From positions 35,935 to 99,934 of the IMG/VR virus record IMGVR_UViG_3300032249_001461: a DNA stretch of 64,000 nt; one strand, 5' to 3'. Source of the DNA: a virus. Under the pieces are notes generated by a model that did no database searches, had not been told where the DNA came from, and saw only the letters and a program-made list of their open reading frames with translations. Position numbers and translations under genes: made by a program. Below, piece after piece: positions 36,020 to 46,037 of the stretch (positions are counted from its first letter, which is position 1; the number at the start of each line of letters is the position of its first letter).

Positions 36020-38755
36020 ATGGCAATCCTAAAGGGCTTTCCACCCTCTAACACAATTTCGCCTTCAGTCCGAATAACTGAAAAGGATCTGAGCTTCATC
36101 GCTCCGGATCAGTCTTTCCACAGGGCGGGCCTGGTGGGATTTGCGAGCAAGGGACCCATCAATGTTCCAACGCTCGTTCAGTCGAGGAGACAGCTCAATA
36201 CTGTCTTCGGATATCCGCATCCGGAGGCCGGCGATCCCTACCTCATGTACGCAGCCGAGCAGTATCTGCTTGTGGCGAGCGAGCTTTATGTCGTACGAGT
36301 CGCCAACACGGACGCCGTGAGCTGGGAGCGGGCGAGAACGGCCCAGACCCAGCTTCCGAGCGCGGGCGGTTCAGTCCTTCTTGTGTCGAGTGGCCCCGGA
36401 CCCTACAACCTCGTAAAGGACATGTACTTCCGCTGGAGGCTGAACAAGGTTCTGGCCTCCAAGACCCTTGTCGCCCTAGCCGACGTTAACCATCCCGATC
36501 CGGTTGTACAAGATCAGGGCTACAGCGCCTCGCAGCTCGCAGACGATCTGAACATGCAGCTTGATCCTTCCGTTGACGGAATTGAATTTTTCGCAACGGA
36601 CGAGTCAGTCAAGTTTGTTGAGGCCGAGGTTGTGCCCACATCGGACACGGACAACAGCGCCGTATTTAACCTTGACAATAACGACCTCGTCGCCGGATCG
36701 ATAACCGGCAGGGTGGTTGTCGGAGGAGCGGTCGTCCAGACCTTCTCGGTCAACGATGAGGGAGTGTTTACTTTCAAGACGGTTGTCAGTTCAGCGGTGA
36801 AGGCCATTTCGGGGTCTGTCAATCTCCCGAACGGTACGATAACAATAGGATATAATGAAGACCTTTCCGAAGGAATAAATAACATAACGGTCGACTACAA
36901 CTACACGGCATCGTACGGAACTTCTCGCATAGGCGTGAGAACGACATTCTCGTTCGGCCCCGATGCGAGCCTGGAGCTTGTGTCCGTGAAGGACGCCCTC
37001 TATGGCCCAGAAACTGCGAACGTGGGAAGTAACGTCCATGTTGGACCCATAGGTATTGGAACAGAGATGGAAGTCGCCCAGTTCACGGGTGGAGCCGGAG
37101 GGACTTTCGACTTCACGACGGTCTCGGCCTACGATCTTCAGATCGTCCTGGACGGCACAGACAGCGTTCTTGTTGACAATGTTGTCCAGGTAATTGACCT
37201 GTCAAACTTTGCCAACAATCCGTCCGTTTCGGCCTCTGCCCTCAAGGCGGCCATAAACAGCCAGGTTGCGGCGGGCGATGTGCCCGGCGGCTTCGAGGCA
37301 GATACCGTGGGCAATTTCTTGTCGCTCAGGACGCTTCATGCGGGCAATGACGCAAGGCTTCTCGTCAAGAACGAGAGTTCTGTTTTTGAACTCCTCGGAT
37401 TTGACACCCCGCTTGTCGGCCCCAACGATCCCAGTTCTGACGTCGGTTCGTATGTGACTGCCGAAGGCTATTCCCCCGAAGGAGTCAGCGGTTCCGTTGG
37501 AATATCGACCTACGGCGTAGTGAGGGGCAACTCAAACAGGCTGGGAGACGTCTCCGTTACTCTGACCGCCGATTCGGCGGGCATAGACGGAAACGCAACG
37601 CAGGTCGTGGTCAAAAACAATGTCCGTGAAGGAAACTTCATCATGGAAGTCTACAGCAATGGAGTCCAGGTGGAGTCATGGGGCAATCTGACAAAGGACG
37701 AGGCCAGCAGATTTTATGTTGAGACCTTCCTGAGTCTTGTTTCCGACTATGTCAGGGCGCTTGACAACAGCGTGAATCCTTCGCCTCCGCTGGACGGGAC
37801 CTATCAGCTTTCGGGCGGCAGCGACGGAATACCTTCGGATCCGGACGACCAGGATTACTACCTGATCGGCAACCAGCTCGGATACACGGGCATCTACGCC
37901 CTGAGCGAGCCGGAGCAGATAGACATAGACCTGATCGCCGTCCCAGGACACAGCTCCACGGGCGTGGTCATGGCTCTCATAGACATGTGCCAGAACCTCA
38001 GAATGGACTGCATGGCCATCGTTGACGCTCCGTTCGGCCTGACGGTGAAGGAGATAGTCCACTGGCAGAACGGAGCCCATCCTCTGAACACGACGAGGTT
38101 CGATTCGGACTTCGCCGCCCTTTACTGGCCGTGGGTCAAGATCCGCGACACCTTCAACAACGTTGACGTTTGGGTTCCGCCGAGCGGTTCGGTCATGGCG
38201 GTGTACGCCAGGAACGACGCCCTTGCGGCTCCTTGGTTCGCTCCTGCGGGCGTGACGAGGGGAATAGTCCCGGGAATAACCGACGTTTTCAGTCGTCCGA
38301 CTCTTGAGGAAAAGGATTTGATGTACGGCAACAGAAACGCCATCAATCCCATCGTTCAGTACGCGGACTTCCAGGACTTCGTCGTCTGGGGCCAGAAGAC
38401 GCTCCAGAGAAAGCCCACGGCCCTCGACAGGGTGAATGTGAGAAGGCTGATGTTCGTCATAGAAAAGCGCATCCGTCAGGCCTCAAGGTCGCTGTTGTTC
38501 GAACCCCACGACGAAATCTTCCGCGAGAAGTTCATCGACATCGCGACGAGAATTCTACGTGAGGTTCAGATAGGAAGAGGACTCACCGCCTTCATCATCA
38601 AGGCAGACGAGGAACTCAACACGCCGGACGTCATAGACAGAAATGAATTCAGGGCGAGGATCGGCGTCCAGCCGACGAGAGCCGTCGAATTCATGTTCCT
38701 TGAGTTCAGCATCCACAGGACCGGAAGCTTTGAGGCTGGTTCGGATACCTTCTGA
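36020..38755 (+). CDS. contractile tail sheath protein (T4 gp18-like)
   Basis: SPSVRITEKDLS, GFASKGP, PWFAPAG..RG, WGQKTLQ..ALDRVNVRRL, QPTRAVEF. Confidence 0.95.
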   Translation: MAILKGFPPSNTISPSVRITEKDLSFIAPDQSFHRAGLVGFASKGPINVPTLVQSRRQLNTVFGYPHPEAGDPYLMYAAEQYLLVASELYVVRVANTDAVSWERARTAQTQLPSAGGSVLLVSSGPGPYNLVKDMYFRWRLNKVLASKTLVALADVNHPDPVVQDQGYSASQLADDLNMQLDPSVDGIEFFATDESVKFVEAEVVPTSDTDNSAVFNLDNNDLVAGSITGRVVVGGAVVQTFSVNDEGVFTFKTVVSSAVKAISGSVNLPNGTITIGYNEDLSEGINNITVDYNYTASYGTSRIGVRTTFSFGPDASLELVSVKDALYGPETANVGSNVHVGPIGIGTEMEVAQFTGGAGGTFDFTTVSAYDLQIVLDGTDSVLVDNVVQVIDLSNFANNPSVSASALKAAINSQVAAGDVPGGFEADTVGNFLSLRTLHAGNDARLLVKNESSVFELLGFDTPLVGPNDPSSDVGSYVTAEGYSPEGVSGSVGISTYGVVRGNSNRLGDVSVTLTADSAGIDGNATQVVVKNNVREGNFIMEVYSNGVQVESWGNLTKDEASRFYVETFLSLVSDYVRALDNSVNPSPPLDGTYQLSGGSDGIPSDPDDQDYYLIGNQLGYTGIYALSEPEQIDIDLIAVPGHSSTGVVMALIDMCQNLRMDCMAIVDAPFGLTVKEIVHWQNGAHPLNTTRFDSDFAALYWPWVKIRDTFNNVDVWVPPSGSVMAVYARNDALAAPWFAPAGVTRGIVPGITDVFSRPTLEEKDLMYGNRNAINPIVQYADFQDFVVWGQKTLQRKPTALDRVNVRRLMFVIEKRIRQASRSLLFEPHDEIFREKFIDIATRILREVQIGRGLTAFIIKADEELNTPDVIDRNEFRARIGVQPTRAVEFMFLEFSIHRTGSFEAGSDTF

Positions 38756-38792
38756 TATTTGAAAAGTTAGATAAAATAGGAGAAATCAAAAA

Positions 38793-39362
38793 ATGCCAAT
38801 TCAAATGGGTTTGGGCGCAATAGGCGGAGCCAATGTCATACACAAGAGAAAGTTCCGCTGGACGTTTGAGGTTAGGAGGGAGAGCGGTGGCGGAAATGTC
38901 CCCGCCAGCTTCGTCAAGATGGCTGCGCGTCCCAACATCTCAATAGAGGAGACGGAAATCAACTTCCTTAACGGAAAGACCTACATTCCCGGAAAGGGAA
39001 CATGGGAAACGATCACCATCACGTATTACGACGTGGCGGGAAGTGACAACATCCCTCTGTGGAGCTGGCTTGCCGATGTGTACAACTTCCTACCCAACAA
39101 AGACGGCGCCCTTCCGCTGACGCAGAACTCGAAGAGGAGCTGCTACACGGGAACGGGAATCTGCAACATGTACGACGGTTGCGGAAACGCCCTGGAAGCA
39201 TGGACGCTGAATGACTGCTGGCCCCAGGCCGTCAACTTCGGCGAGCTTGACTACGCTTCATCCGAAGAGGCCACGATAGAGGTGACGGTGAGATACGCGA
39301 ACGTTTCCTACAAGAACCTTTGCGGATCAAACCCCAGCGCCCAGTGCTGCGGTTGCAACTGA
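38793..39362 (+). CDS. tail tube protein (T4 gp19-like)
   Basis: KRKFRW, PGKGTWETITITYYD, WPQAVNFGELDY. Confidence 0.9.
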   Translation: MPIQMGLGAIGGANVIHKRKFRWTFEVRRESGGGNVPASFVKMAARPNISIEETEINFLNGKTYIPGKGTWETITITYYDVAGSDNIPLWSWLADVYNFLPNKDGALPLTQNSKRSCYTGTGICNMYDGCGNALEAWTLNDCWPQAVNFGELDYASSEEATIEVTVRYANVSYKNLCGSNPSAQCCGCN

Positions 39363-39395
39363 TATCGGTTATCCGACGATATTCGGATTCAAAAC

Positions 39396-39426
39396 AAAAA
39401 GGCCGGCGACTGCGCCGGCCTTTTTT
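39396..39426 (+). terminator. intrinsic terminator
   Basis: AAAAA GGCCGGCG-ACTG-CGCCGGCC TTTTTT. Confidence 0.9.
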
Positions 39427-39460
39427 CTTTTGTACTCTAATAGGTTGACAGGAGGATTGA

Positions 39461-39976
39461 ATGGGGCAGCTGATGGGTCTTGGGAAGTTGGGTGGGGACG
39501 TGTGCATAATGCGCAAGTTCCGCTGGCTTTTTTTCATAGACGGGGTCTGCGACGACGGGACGACCGCCTTGCCTCCAGACAAGGGGGCGAGGCCGAGCCT
39601 CAACTTCAAGGAAATAGAGGCTCAGCATCTGAATGAGACGATTTATTTCGCGGGAAAGCCAGACTGGAAGCCGATCAACCTGACTCTTTTTGACCTCAAG
39701 TCCAACACCAACCCTGTATTCAAGTGGCTCAAGGAACAGTATGAACCGTGCGAGGACAAGGGAGACTGGAAGGCGCCGAAGGGGGGAGCCTGGAAGAAGA
39801 CGGGCAGGCTCAAGATGTACGACGGTTGCGGAAATGTGATTGAGGAGTGGGTGTTTGCGAACATATGGCCGAACAACATAGAATGGGGCGACCTTGACAT
39901 GTCCAATAGCGACTATGTTACGGTGGAGATGACCCTCAGGTATGACAGGGCGTGGGCTGTTGATTGCTCCAACTAG
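39461..39976 (+). CDS. second tail tube-like protein
   Basis: RKFRW, AGKPDWKPINLTLFD, WGDLD, LRYDRA. Confidence 0.85.
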   Translation: MGQLMGLGKLGGDVCIMRKFRWLFFIDGVCDDGTTALPPDKGARPSLNFKEIEAQHLNETIYFAGKPDWKPINLTLFDLKSNTNPVFKWLKEQYEPCEDKGDWKAPKGGAWKKTGRLKMYDGCGNVIEEWVFANIWPNNIEWGDLDMSNSDYVTVEMTLRYDRAWAVDCSN

Positions 39977-40200
39977 TCCATATCGTTCTTCAGAAGCTCT
40001 CTCATCTCCGCGAGCTTGTCCTCCAACTGCTTTGATTTCAGTTTTAGTTTTCTGCACGCCCCGCTTTTGTTGAGCCTGCCCTTTTTTGTATAGACGCGCT
40101 TCTCGTCATCCAGAAGAGCCGTTACTATTTCGCCGTATCCGTTTTCTATGAGTTTTTTTATTAACTCTTGTCTTTCAATGTACTCTATGTTTTTGCTCAT
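39973..40200 (-). CDS. small HTH-like protein
   Basis: TKKGRLNKSGACRKL. Confidence 0.55.
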   Translation of the reverse strand: MSKNIEYIERQELIKKLIENGYGEIVTALLDDEKRVYTKKGRLNKSGACRKLKLKSKQLEDKLAEMRELLKNDMD

Positions 40201-40243
40201 TTAGAAAATTATAGATTTAATTAGATAACAAATCAATATCATG

Positions 40244-40774
40244 CTACTGATTTTTTTCGAACATGGGCCTTCCGTTCTTGAAGGATGAGTTTCCTTCCAG
40301 AAACTGCATGTGGTTTAGGTATTTCTTCTTTAATTCGTTGTAGTTTCTGGCGGTTCTGTAGAGCTGTCTGAAGTGGTTGAGTATGCAGGTGGTCATGTAG
40401 TTGAAGGCCTTGCCTTTTCTGGAGTCAAATCGGTCTATCTTATCAAAGCATATCATGACGCCCTCTTGCACGGCGTCGTCCGCGTCTATCAACTGGAACT
40501 TGGCGTATCTGACTATGTTTTCAGAAAGTGTGAAGAAGGCAGATGCGAGAGTCCTCTTGCACTCTTCGTGTTCTTGGACGGCGTTCTTTAGGCCTTCCTC
40601 TTTGGCCTTGAGCGCCGCCTTGTTTTCTGAAGAATCTATTTTTCGCATCTTCTTTCTGGACATCGTGTCCCTTATTTCTTCTGATATTAGTCCGATCCTG
40701 TTGATGTCCTTCTTGGAAGATTGGAACTGGTTTATCATTTTTTCAAATATCTTGTTGTTCAGATACTCGTTCAT
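40244..40774 (-). CDS. late-transcription sigma factor (T4 gp55-like)
   Basis: YLNNK; DDAVQEGVMICFDKIDRFD...KAFNYMTTCILNHF. Confidence 0.85.
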   Translation of the reverse strand: MNEYLNNKIFEKMINQFQSSKKDINRIGLISEEIRDTMSRKKMRKIDSSENKAALKAKEEGLKNAVQEHEECKRTLASAFFTLSENIVRYAKFQLIDADDAVQEGVMICFDKIDRFDSRKGKAFNYMTTCILNHFRQLYRTARNYNELKKKYLNHMQFLEGNSSFKNGRPMFEKNQ

Positions 40775-41630
40775 TTTTTCCCTTTGTTGTTCTCCACAAA
40801 CTTATGCGTTCCTTGGCCTCGGAAATTGCGTCTTTTATCCAGGGCTTGGCCTTGTCGTAGTAGACTTTTGAGTAGAGCATTCCGAGGCTCATGCTCCTGC
40901 AGTGGTCTATGTTGTCGTCAGTGTTCCTCTGGAAGTTGTGCTCGTGTCCTATTATCTTCGTTCTGACCCCGTGCTGCCTGAGTATCATGTTTCCGAGTAT
41001 CTCTGTGTCCGGCCAGTTGGGTCTCTCGGGCGATGGTTCGTGGCTCTCAAGTCCGTACATGGAGGCGAGCCTTCTCATGCTCCATCCGAAGCCTATCCTG
41101 TCCAGTGTTCTTATGTGGTACATGCTTGCCGTGTGTGATATCATGCCCCGCCAGTCGTCGTGGGATCTAGGACTCATTTCATACCCAACGACCGGAAACT
41201 TGCCGTCTTGCTCGCCACAAACGGAAAGCAGGTCTTCGAGGAAGTCCCTTCGCCTCAAAAACACGTCTGAATGGGTCGCGAACATGTATTCCGTCCTGCA
41301 CAGGCTCTGGGCTAGGTCCATGGCCATGCACACGGAATCGGAAGGGTGCCTTGACCCGTTCAGTCTTATGCAGTGCACCTCAAGGTCGGAGTCGTGCATG
41401 GAAAGTATTTCCCGCAGATTCTCCTGCTCGCTTCCGGTGTCTATGACGATTATGTATGGCCTTACCGTCTGCATTCTCAGTGTGTCCACGCAGACGGAAA
41501 GGGATTCCACGGTGTCTATGACGGGTATCACGGCGGTCACGTCGTATTCCCAGGGCTTTTTGGGGCAATTTCCTTTCCAAGGCTCTCTGTTCACATCTAG
41601 ATTTCTCAAGGGAGCCAGGTTTTGGGGCAT
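40743..41630 (-). CDS. glycosyltransferase family 2
   Basis: VTAVIPV, IIVIDTGS, FATHSDVF. Confidence 0.85.
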   Translation of the reverse strand: MPQNLAPLRNLDVNREPWKGNCPKKPWEYDVTAVIPVIDTVESLSVCVDTLRMQTVRPYIIVIDTGSEQENLREILSMHDSDLEVHCIRLNGSRHPSDSVCMAMDLAQSLCRTEYMFATHSDVFLRRRDFLEDLLSVCGEQDGKFPVVGYEMSPRSHDDWRGMISHTASMYHIRTLDRIGFGWSMRRLASMYGLESHEPSPERPNWPDTEILGNMILRQHGVRTKIIGHEHNFQRNTDDNIDHCRSMSLGMLYSKVYYDKAKPWIKDAISEAKERISLWRTTKGKNERVSEQQDI

Positions 41631-41695
41631 AAAAAATCCTAAAGCTGTTTCTGCATACTATATTAGTTGTGACAGGCAAATTTGCGGGAGAAAAC

Positions 41696-41926
41696 ATGGA
41701 AAATAAACCTGAATACAGACATGCCAAAATAACAGTTGACGGAAGGTGCCTTGATCTTCTGCTCACAGAAGACGAGATAGCGACCTGTTTTGAGCGATGC
41801 CTTGTGGAATCAAACCAGAAGTTCATAGACAAGAACGACTGTTGCGAGTGCTGGCCCGCGGCTCAGCCTCCGGACTGTCCTTTCTGGAGGAAGATTCTCG
41901 GGGCGTGCAGGGAATGCGACCAGTAG
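41696..41926 (+). CDS. small Cys-rich protein
   Basis: GGAG RBS. Confidence 0.5.
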   Translation: MENKPEYRHAKITVDGRCLDLLLTEDEIATCFERCLVESNQKFIDKNDCCECWPAAQPPDCPFWRKILGACRECDQ

Positions 41927-42099
41927 ACGACTGTCTTTCCTCGTTGCTTTCTATAATCGAAAACCCCTCGGCTGAAGGCGGTTACTTCAGGCTTCAGAAG
42001 TGCTACGAATCCCGCGGAATGCGTGAGGAGGCAGAGTCAATAGCACTTCTTATTGCCGAGAAATTCAATGCCGACAGTTCAAATACTGCTGAGAAATAA
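41914..42099 (+). CDS. hypothetical protein
   Basis: coupled ORF. Confidence 0.45.
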   Translation: MRPVDDCLSSLLSIIENPSAEGGYFRLQKCYESRGMREEAESIALLIAEKFNADSSNTAEK

Positions 42100-43009
42100 C
42101 AAAGAGACGATAGGAAGGGCGCTGGATTCGGTTTCCGGACTTGGAAGGATAGTGGTCGGAAACCTTGGCTCCACGGATGGAAGTCTAGAAATTTGTTCTT
42201 CCTACGGAGCCGAAATAGTAGAGGTGCGAGATAGATCAGATTTCTCCTCAATAAGAAACGGCATTGCGGGAGAGGGCCTAAACTTCTTCATCGAGGCTTG
42301 GGAGTTCCTTGCGAGGGGCAAGGAAGAAATAATGTCTGCGGACGGCTCCAAACAGATTTGCGTCATAAGCGGGGGAATAGCCTCCAAGGAGACTAGGGTC
42401 TGGCACGGAGGGAGTGGGTTTGTGAACCCCGTATACGAGGCCATCCCCGATCCGTCCGCACAGTACGACCCCAGAATAGTGGTAGTTTCGGGGGAATCTC
42501 CCAACCTTATGGCTGAAAGAAAGCAACTGGCAAGGAAGTGGCTCGAGTCCAGGCCGACTTCTTGCGAGCCATACTACTACATGGCCTGCTCATGCCTCTA
42601 TGAAAGGAACTATGAAGAATTTTTCTTCTATGCAAGTAAATATCTGGCCATGGAGATAAATCCCGGCGTAGAATCCGTACTCCTGTGCTACTACATGGCT
42701 CAGATAGAACTGCACACGGGACGGCTAAATGAGGCGTCAAGCCACGTTCTCTTTTGCCTTTCGGTACGGCCAATGATGGCGGAGTTCTGGTGTCTTCTCG
42801 GGGACATGTTCTACAAGCAGAACAAGTTTGGCAAGGCAAGATCAATGTACGAAAATGCCATAATAATAGGCAAGTCAAGAAAGAATTCCGACTCCTACCC
42901 CGTGGAGATATCCAAATACAAGGAATATCCAGAAAGGATGATGGGGAGCATAGAAGAAATATCCACGGACATGGCCAAGAGGATGGAAAAAGCCATGGCG
43001 AAGGAGTGA
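42068..43009 (+). CDS. degenerate GT2 domain plus TPR repeats
   Basis: RNNKETIGRALDSV..NLGSTDGS..DFSSIRN; TPR-like AEFWCLLGDMFY. Confidence 0.75.
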   Translation: MPTVQILLRNNKETIGRALDSVSGLGRIVVGNLGSTDGSLEICSSYGAEIVEVRDRSDFSSIRNGIAGEGLNFFIEAWEFLARGKEEIMSADGSKQICVISGGIASKETRVWHGGSGFVNPVYEAIPDPSAQYDPRIVVVSGESPNLMAERKQLARKWLESRPTSCEPYYYMACSCLYERNYEEFFFYASKYLAMEINPGVESVLLCYYMAQIELHTGRLNEASSHVLFCLSVRPMMAEFWCLLGDMFYKQNKFGKARSMYENAIIIGKSRKNSDSYPVEISKYKEYPERMMGSIEEISTDMAKRMEKAMAKE

Positions 43010-43257
43010 ACTACCCACCCGCTAAAGCGAGTGGGCTTCATGGTTCAAAACCTCAACCTTTACTTCCTGTATGTTGACGGCTCCCCATGTTTTTGTTTAA
43101 TGAGCGAGTTGGTCCCCAACACACTCGGTGTTTTGTTTGGTGTAATACTTGGTTTTCGTACTACAAACTAATATAGTGCCGAATTTCAAATTTTTCCACA
43201 GTATGCCGCCATTCATCCCAGCCCCTAAAGGGGACTGGGTTTTCTGGCGGGAGGCGT
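43006..43257 (-). mobile_element. 252-bp non-autonomous IS200/IS605 mini-element (PATE-like), TAM TTTAT
   Basis: left-end hairpin CCCAGTCCCCTTTAGGGGCTGGG; right-end hairpin CCCACTCGCTTTAGCGGGTGGG ending TTCAC; no convincing ORF. Confidence 0.88.
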
Positions 43258-43285
43258 ATAAATATACTGTAGCAAGGAGGTCCGA

Positions 43286-43540
43286 TTGGCCAAGTTCATG
43301 GTGGCGATCAGATACAAAGAAGGATGCTGCGAGGAGATCGTGGAGATAGAGGCAGACTCCGCAGAGAAGGCAAGGAAGAGATGTTCGGAGATGATAGAGG
43401 AGAACAGGATCGCAGTGGAAAAGTCCGCAAAGAACGGAATATACATCAGCAAATCAATAGCGGAATGCAGACTGCACAACCTGGACTGGAGGGACGAGTT
43501 TGTAATGTGCCTGAATCTGAATTCAGAAAATGAAGTCTAG
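43286..43540 (+). CDS. hypothetical protein
   Basis: AGGAGG RBS, TTG start. Confidence 0.55.
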   Translation: MAKFMVAIRYKEGCCEEIVEIEADSAEKARKRCSEMIEENRIAVEKSAKNGIYISKSIAECRLHNLDWRDEFVMCLNLNSENEV

Positions 43541-43909
43541 TTCGTTCACCACCACGGTCACCTGATCTTCCCACCTGGCCACGTCTATCTGCTTTCTGCC
43601 CGGGCCAAGCTTGCTGAGTTTGGTTTCCAGTTCGCTTATGTGGCAGCTTATCACAGACCAGTGGTTCTCTGCGAGTTTGTTAAGCTCCTTTTCCTCGTCG
43701 GGAACCTCCAGATTGGGATAGTACCTCTGAAGTTGTTCTCGGCAGTCCTTCGCTATTTTTCTGTAGAGCGGGGTGTGACATGCGCATCCGGGATTGTCCA
43801 AAAACTTTTCAATATCGGCGTTCATCTCCTTGGGCAGTGTCAGCCTGAACCTGGAGTCCTTGAGAGCCTTCTTTATGTCGCCCAGCGTTATCTTGTTTTC
43901 ATTCGTCAT
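43523..43909 (-). CDS. hypothetical protein
   Basis: GGAG RBS before 43909. Confidence 0.6.
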   Translation of the reverse strand: MTNENKITLGDIKKALKDSRFRLTLPKEMNADIEKFLDNPGCACHTPLYRKIAKDCREQLQRYYPNLEVPDEEKELNKLAENHWSVISCHISELETKLSKLGPGRKQIDVARWEDQVTVVVNELDFIF

Positions 43910-44180
43910 TTTCGGTTTCCTCCATGAATCTCGCATGGAAGTCAAGGTTTTCTTGACGCCATTTCTCCTCGCTCTTTTTCATGATTTCCTCTTTGTTTTT
44001 TCTGTCCTGCTCCTCCTGGGGGTCGCTGAACTTTCTGGGCGATACGGCTCGTCCGCATCCTGGGCATCTGTATTTTTTGGAGCTGAGGCTGTCGTTCTTT
44101 AGTTCGGCAAGACCTATCTTGTCTCCGTCGGCGATCCTCTTCCATCCGCAGGAGGAACACAAGATTATCACCTTCTTCAT
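43899..44180 (-). CDS. Zn-ribbon protein
   Basis: CSSCG and CPGCG. Confidence 0.6.
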   Translation of the reverse strand: MKKVIILCSSCGWKRIADGDKIGLAELKNDSLSSKKYRCPGCGRAVSPRKFSDPQEEQDRKNKEEIMKKSEEKWRQENLDFHARFMEETENDE

Positions 44181-44503
44181 TCCTGCTCCATTCCCACTAT
44201 GCTCTTTGCCTCTAGGTAGTTCATGTATGTCGCGGACATGGTCGCAAGAAAACTTCCGGCCATCCCGCACATGAAGACGATGGACGTCCTCTGGTCCACT
44301 ATGAGGTAGCCGCATAGGAATCCGGCCCATGTGCCGAAGCACTGGTAGCACGAGAAGACCTTGTTCATCCATTTGGGACAGTTCTTTTCCACGAACTCCC
44401 TGAAGGGCACCATGATTGAAGCGGGATCCACGACTATGTTTGTAAGTCCTATTACGGCGCATGCGAACAGCGCGAGAGAGGCGGTTGTCATTGTCATCTC
44501 CAA
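44177..44503 (-). CDS. DUF1360-like membrane protein
   Basis: three hydrophobic segments; FSCYQCFGTWAG. Confidence 0.65.
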   Translation of the reverse strand: MEMTMTTASLALFACAVIGLTNIVVDPASIMVPFREFVEKNCPKWMNKVFSCYQCFGTWAGFLCGYLIVDQRTSIVFMCGMAGSFLATMSATYMNYLEAKSIVGMEQE

Positions 44504-44880
44504 AAGGTTACGCCCACCTTTCCTTCTTTTCTGAAAGTGCTGAATCCCGTGAAGTTGTCCTGGAGCTCTAAATCAACATTGTCATCTTCTACTGAAAATT
44601 CTGCGTTGTGGACGAGGTGTCTTTCAATTTTATCAATAGTAACATGGGTCCCGAAGTATTCTGAAATCATGTCCTCGTGGACTCCCTTTGCGTTCCTCAA
44701 GAAGTCCAGGATGCACTTTTTGCCCATCGCCCTGAGCATGGGGGTCATCCTGCTGATCCTCCACTGGTCGCGCAGGTGTATCAGATCGGGCATTTTGAGC
44801 CACACTTCCTTGTTCTGAAAAATGAGCTCTTCCACGTTTTGAATATTGATCTGCATAGCTCTATTAGAGTAGCACACCAA
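44494..44880 (-). CDS. hypothetical protein
   Basis: 128-aa ORF; start uncertain. Confidence 0.55.
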   Translation of the reverse strand: MVCYSNRAMQINIQNVEELIFQNKEVWLKMPDLIHLRDQWRISRMTPMLRAMGKKCILDFLRNAKGVHEDMISEYFGTHVTIDKIERHLVHNAEFSVEDDNVDLELQDNFTGFSTFRKEGKVGVTFWR

Positions 44881-44901
44881 ATTTCATAAAAGGAGAGCAT
44901 C

Positions 44902-46020
44902 ATGGCCGACGAGACATTCAGACCCCAGAAGAGGTCAATTTCGCAGGACGACATAGAGGGCAATGAATCCGGGGCGGATAATGCATCAGAAAGGTTGTCG
45001 GAAATGGCCGCCATGAGGCAGCGGGTGGCCGACGAGGTTGGAAGAGAGGTGGAAAACCCCTCGGAAGATTCGGGGATGCGGGTGTCCGGAAGGGTTCCCG
45101 AGGCATTCAAGCAAGCGGTCGCCCAGAAGAGGGTGCAGGGACAGCAGGCTCGCACCGAATCCAGAAATTCTCCTTCGGACATGAGGGTGACGGGAAGCGG
45201 AAGGCTTGAGGAGCTGATCGCCGGAATCGGAGCCAAGGGCGGGATGGTATATGAGAAGGTGGAGCTGCCTTCCAAGGGCAAGTTCTACGACGGGGAGAAC
45301 GGACCTTCGGACGGCGTAATACATCTTCGCCCCATGACCGGGGAGGAGGAGGAGATTCTTGCCACTCCTAGATTCGTGAAGAAGGGTCAGGCGATCAACA
45401 TGATATTCAACAAGTGCATGAGGGAGGGCTACGATTCCGCCAACTTCTTGACCCAAGACAGAACCTACATGCTGATTTACTTGCGTGGCATATCATACAC
45501 GCCAGAATACGACGTTGAAGTGAGAGACCCCGATTCGGATCAGACTTTTGCGACAACAATAAATCTGAATGAGCTCTATGTGGATCACTGTTCGGAGGGT
45601 TTCGGCCCCGAAAACCTGGAAGATGTTCTGCCGTCTACCGGCTATAAATTCAGATATAGGCTGGCGATAGGCAAAGATGAGCAGTTCATCCAGGAGTACA
45701 GGGAGAGAAGGGCGAAGAACTTTGATCTTTCCGGCCAGGCTGACGATACTTTGCTGTACAGAACGGCTCATCTCATAGAGGAGATAGAGGGGCTGGCCGA
45801 CAAGCTGGAGATACAGACGCTCTTGAAGAAGCTCCCCATACAGGACGTGGCCTACCTTCGGACTGTCGTGAACGAACCTCCGTTCGGAGTTGATACGAAA
45901 ATCAACATAACCAACCCGTACACCATGAGAGATTTTGAGATCGAGCTCCCGCTCGAGTCAAATTTTTTCTTCCCGCGGGCAAAGCGAACGAAAAATACGA
46001 TATCGAGGACGCAAGCCTAG
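44902..46020 (+). CDS. baseplate hub/tail assembly chaperone (T4 gp26-like)
   Basis: VELPSKGKFY, LRPMTGEEEEIL, LRGISY, LPLESNFFFP. Confidence 0.85.
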   Translation: MADETFRPQKRSISQDDIEGNESGADNASERLSEMAAMRQRVADEVGREVENPSEDSGMRVSGRVPEAFKQAVAQKRVQGQQARTESRNSPSDMRVTGSGRLEELIAGIGAKGGMVYEKVELPSKGKFYDGENGPSDGVIHLRPMTGEEEEILATPRFVKKGQAINMIFNKCMREGYDSANFLTQDRTYMLIYLRGISYTPEYDVEVRDPDSDQTFATTINLNELYVDHCSEGFGPENLEDVLPSTGYKFRYRLAIGKDEQFIQEYRERRAKNFDLSGQADDTLLYRTAHLIEEIEGLADKLEIQTLLKKLPIQDVAYLRTVVNEPPFGVDTKINITNPYTMRDFEIELPLESNFFFPRAKRTKNTISRTQA

Positions 46021-46037
46021 AGCTGTGGAAGAATCTG

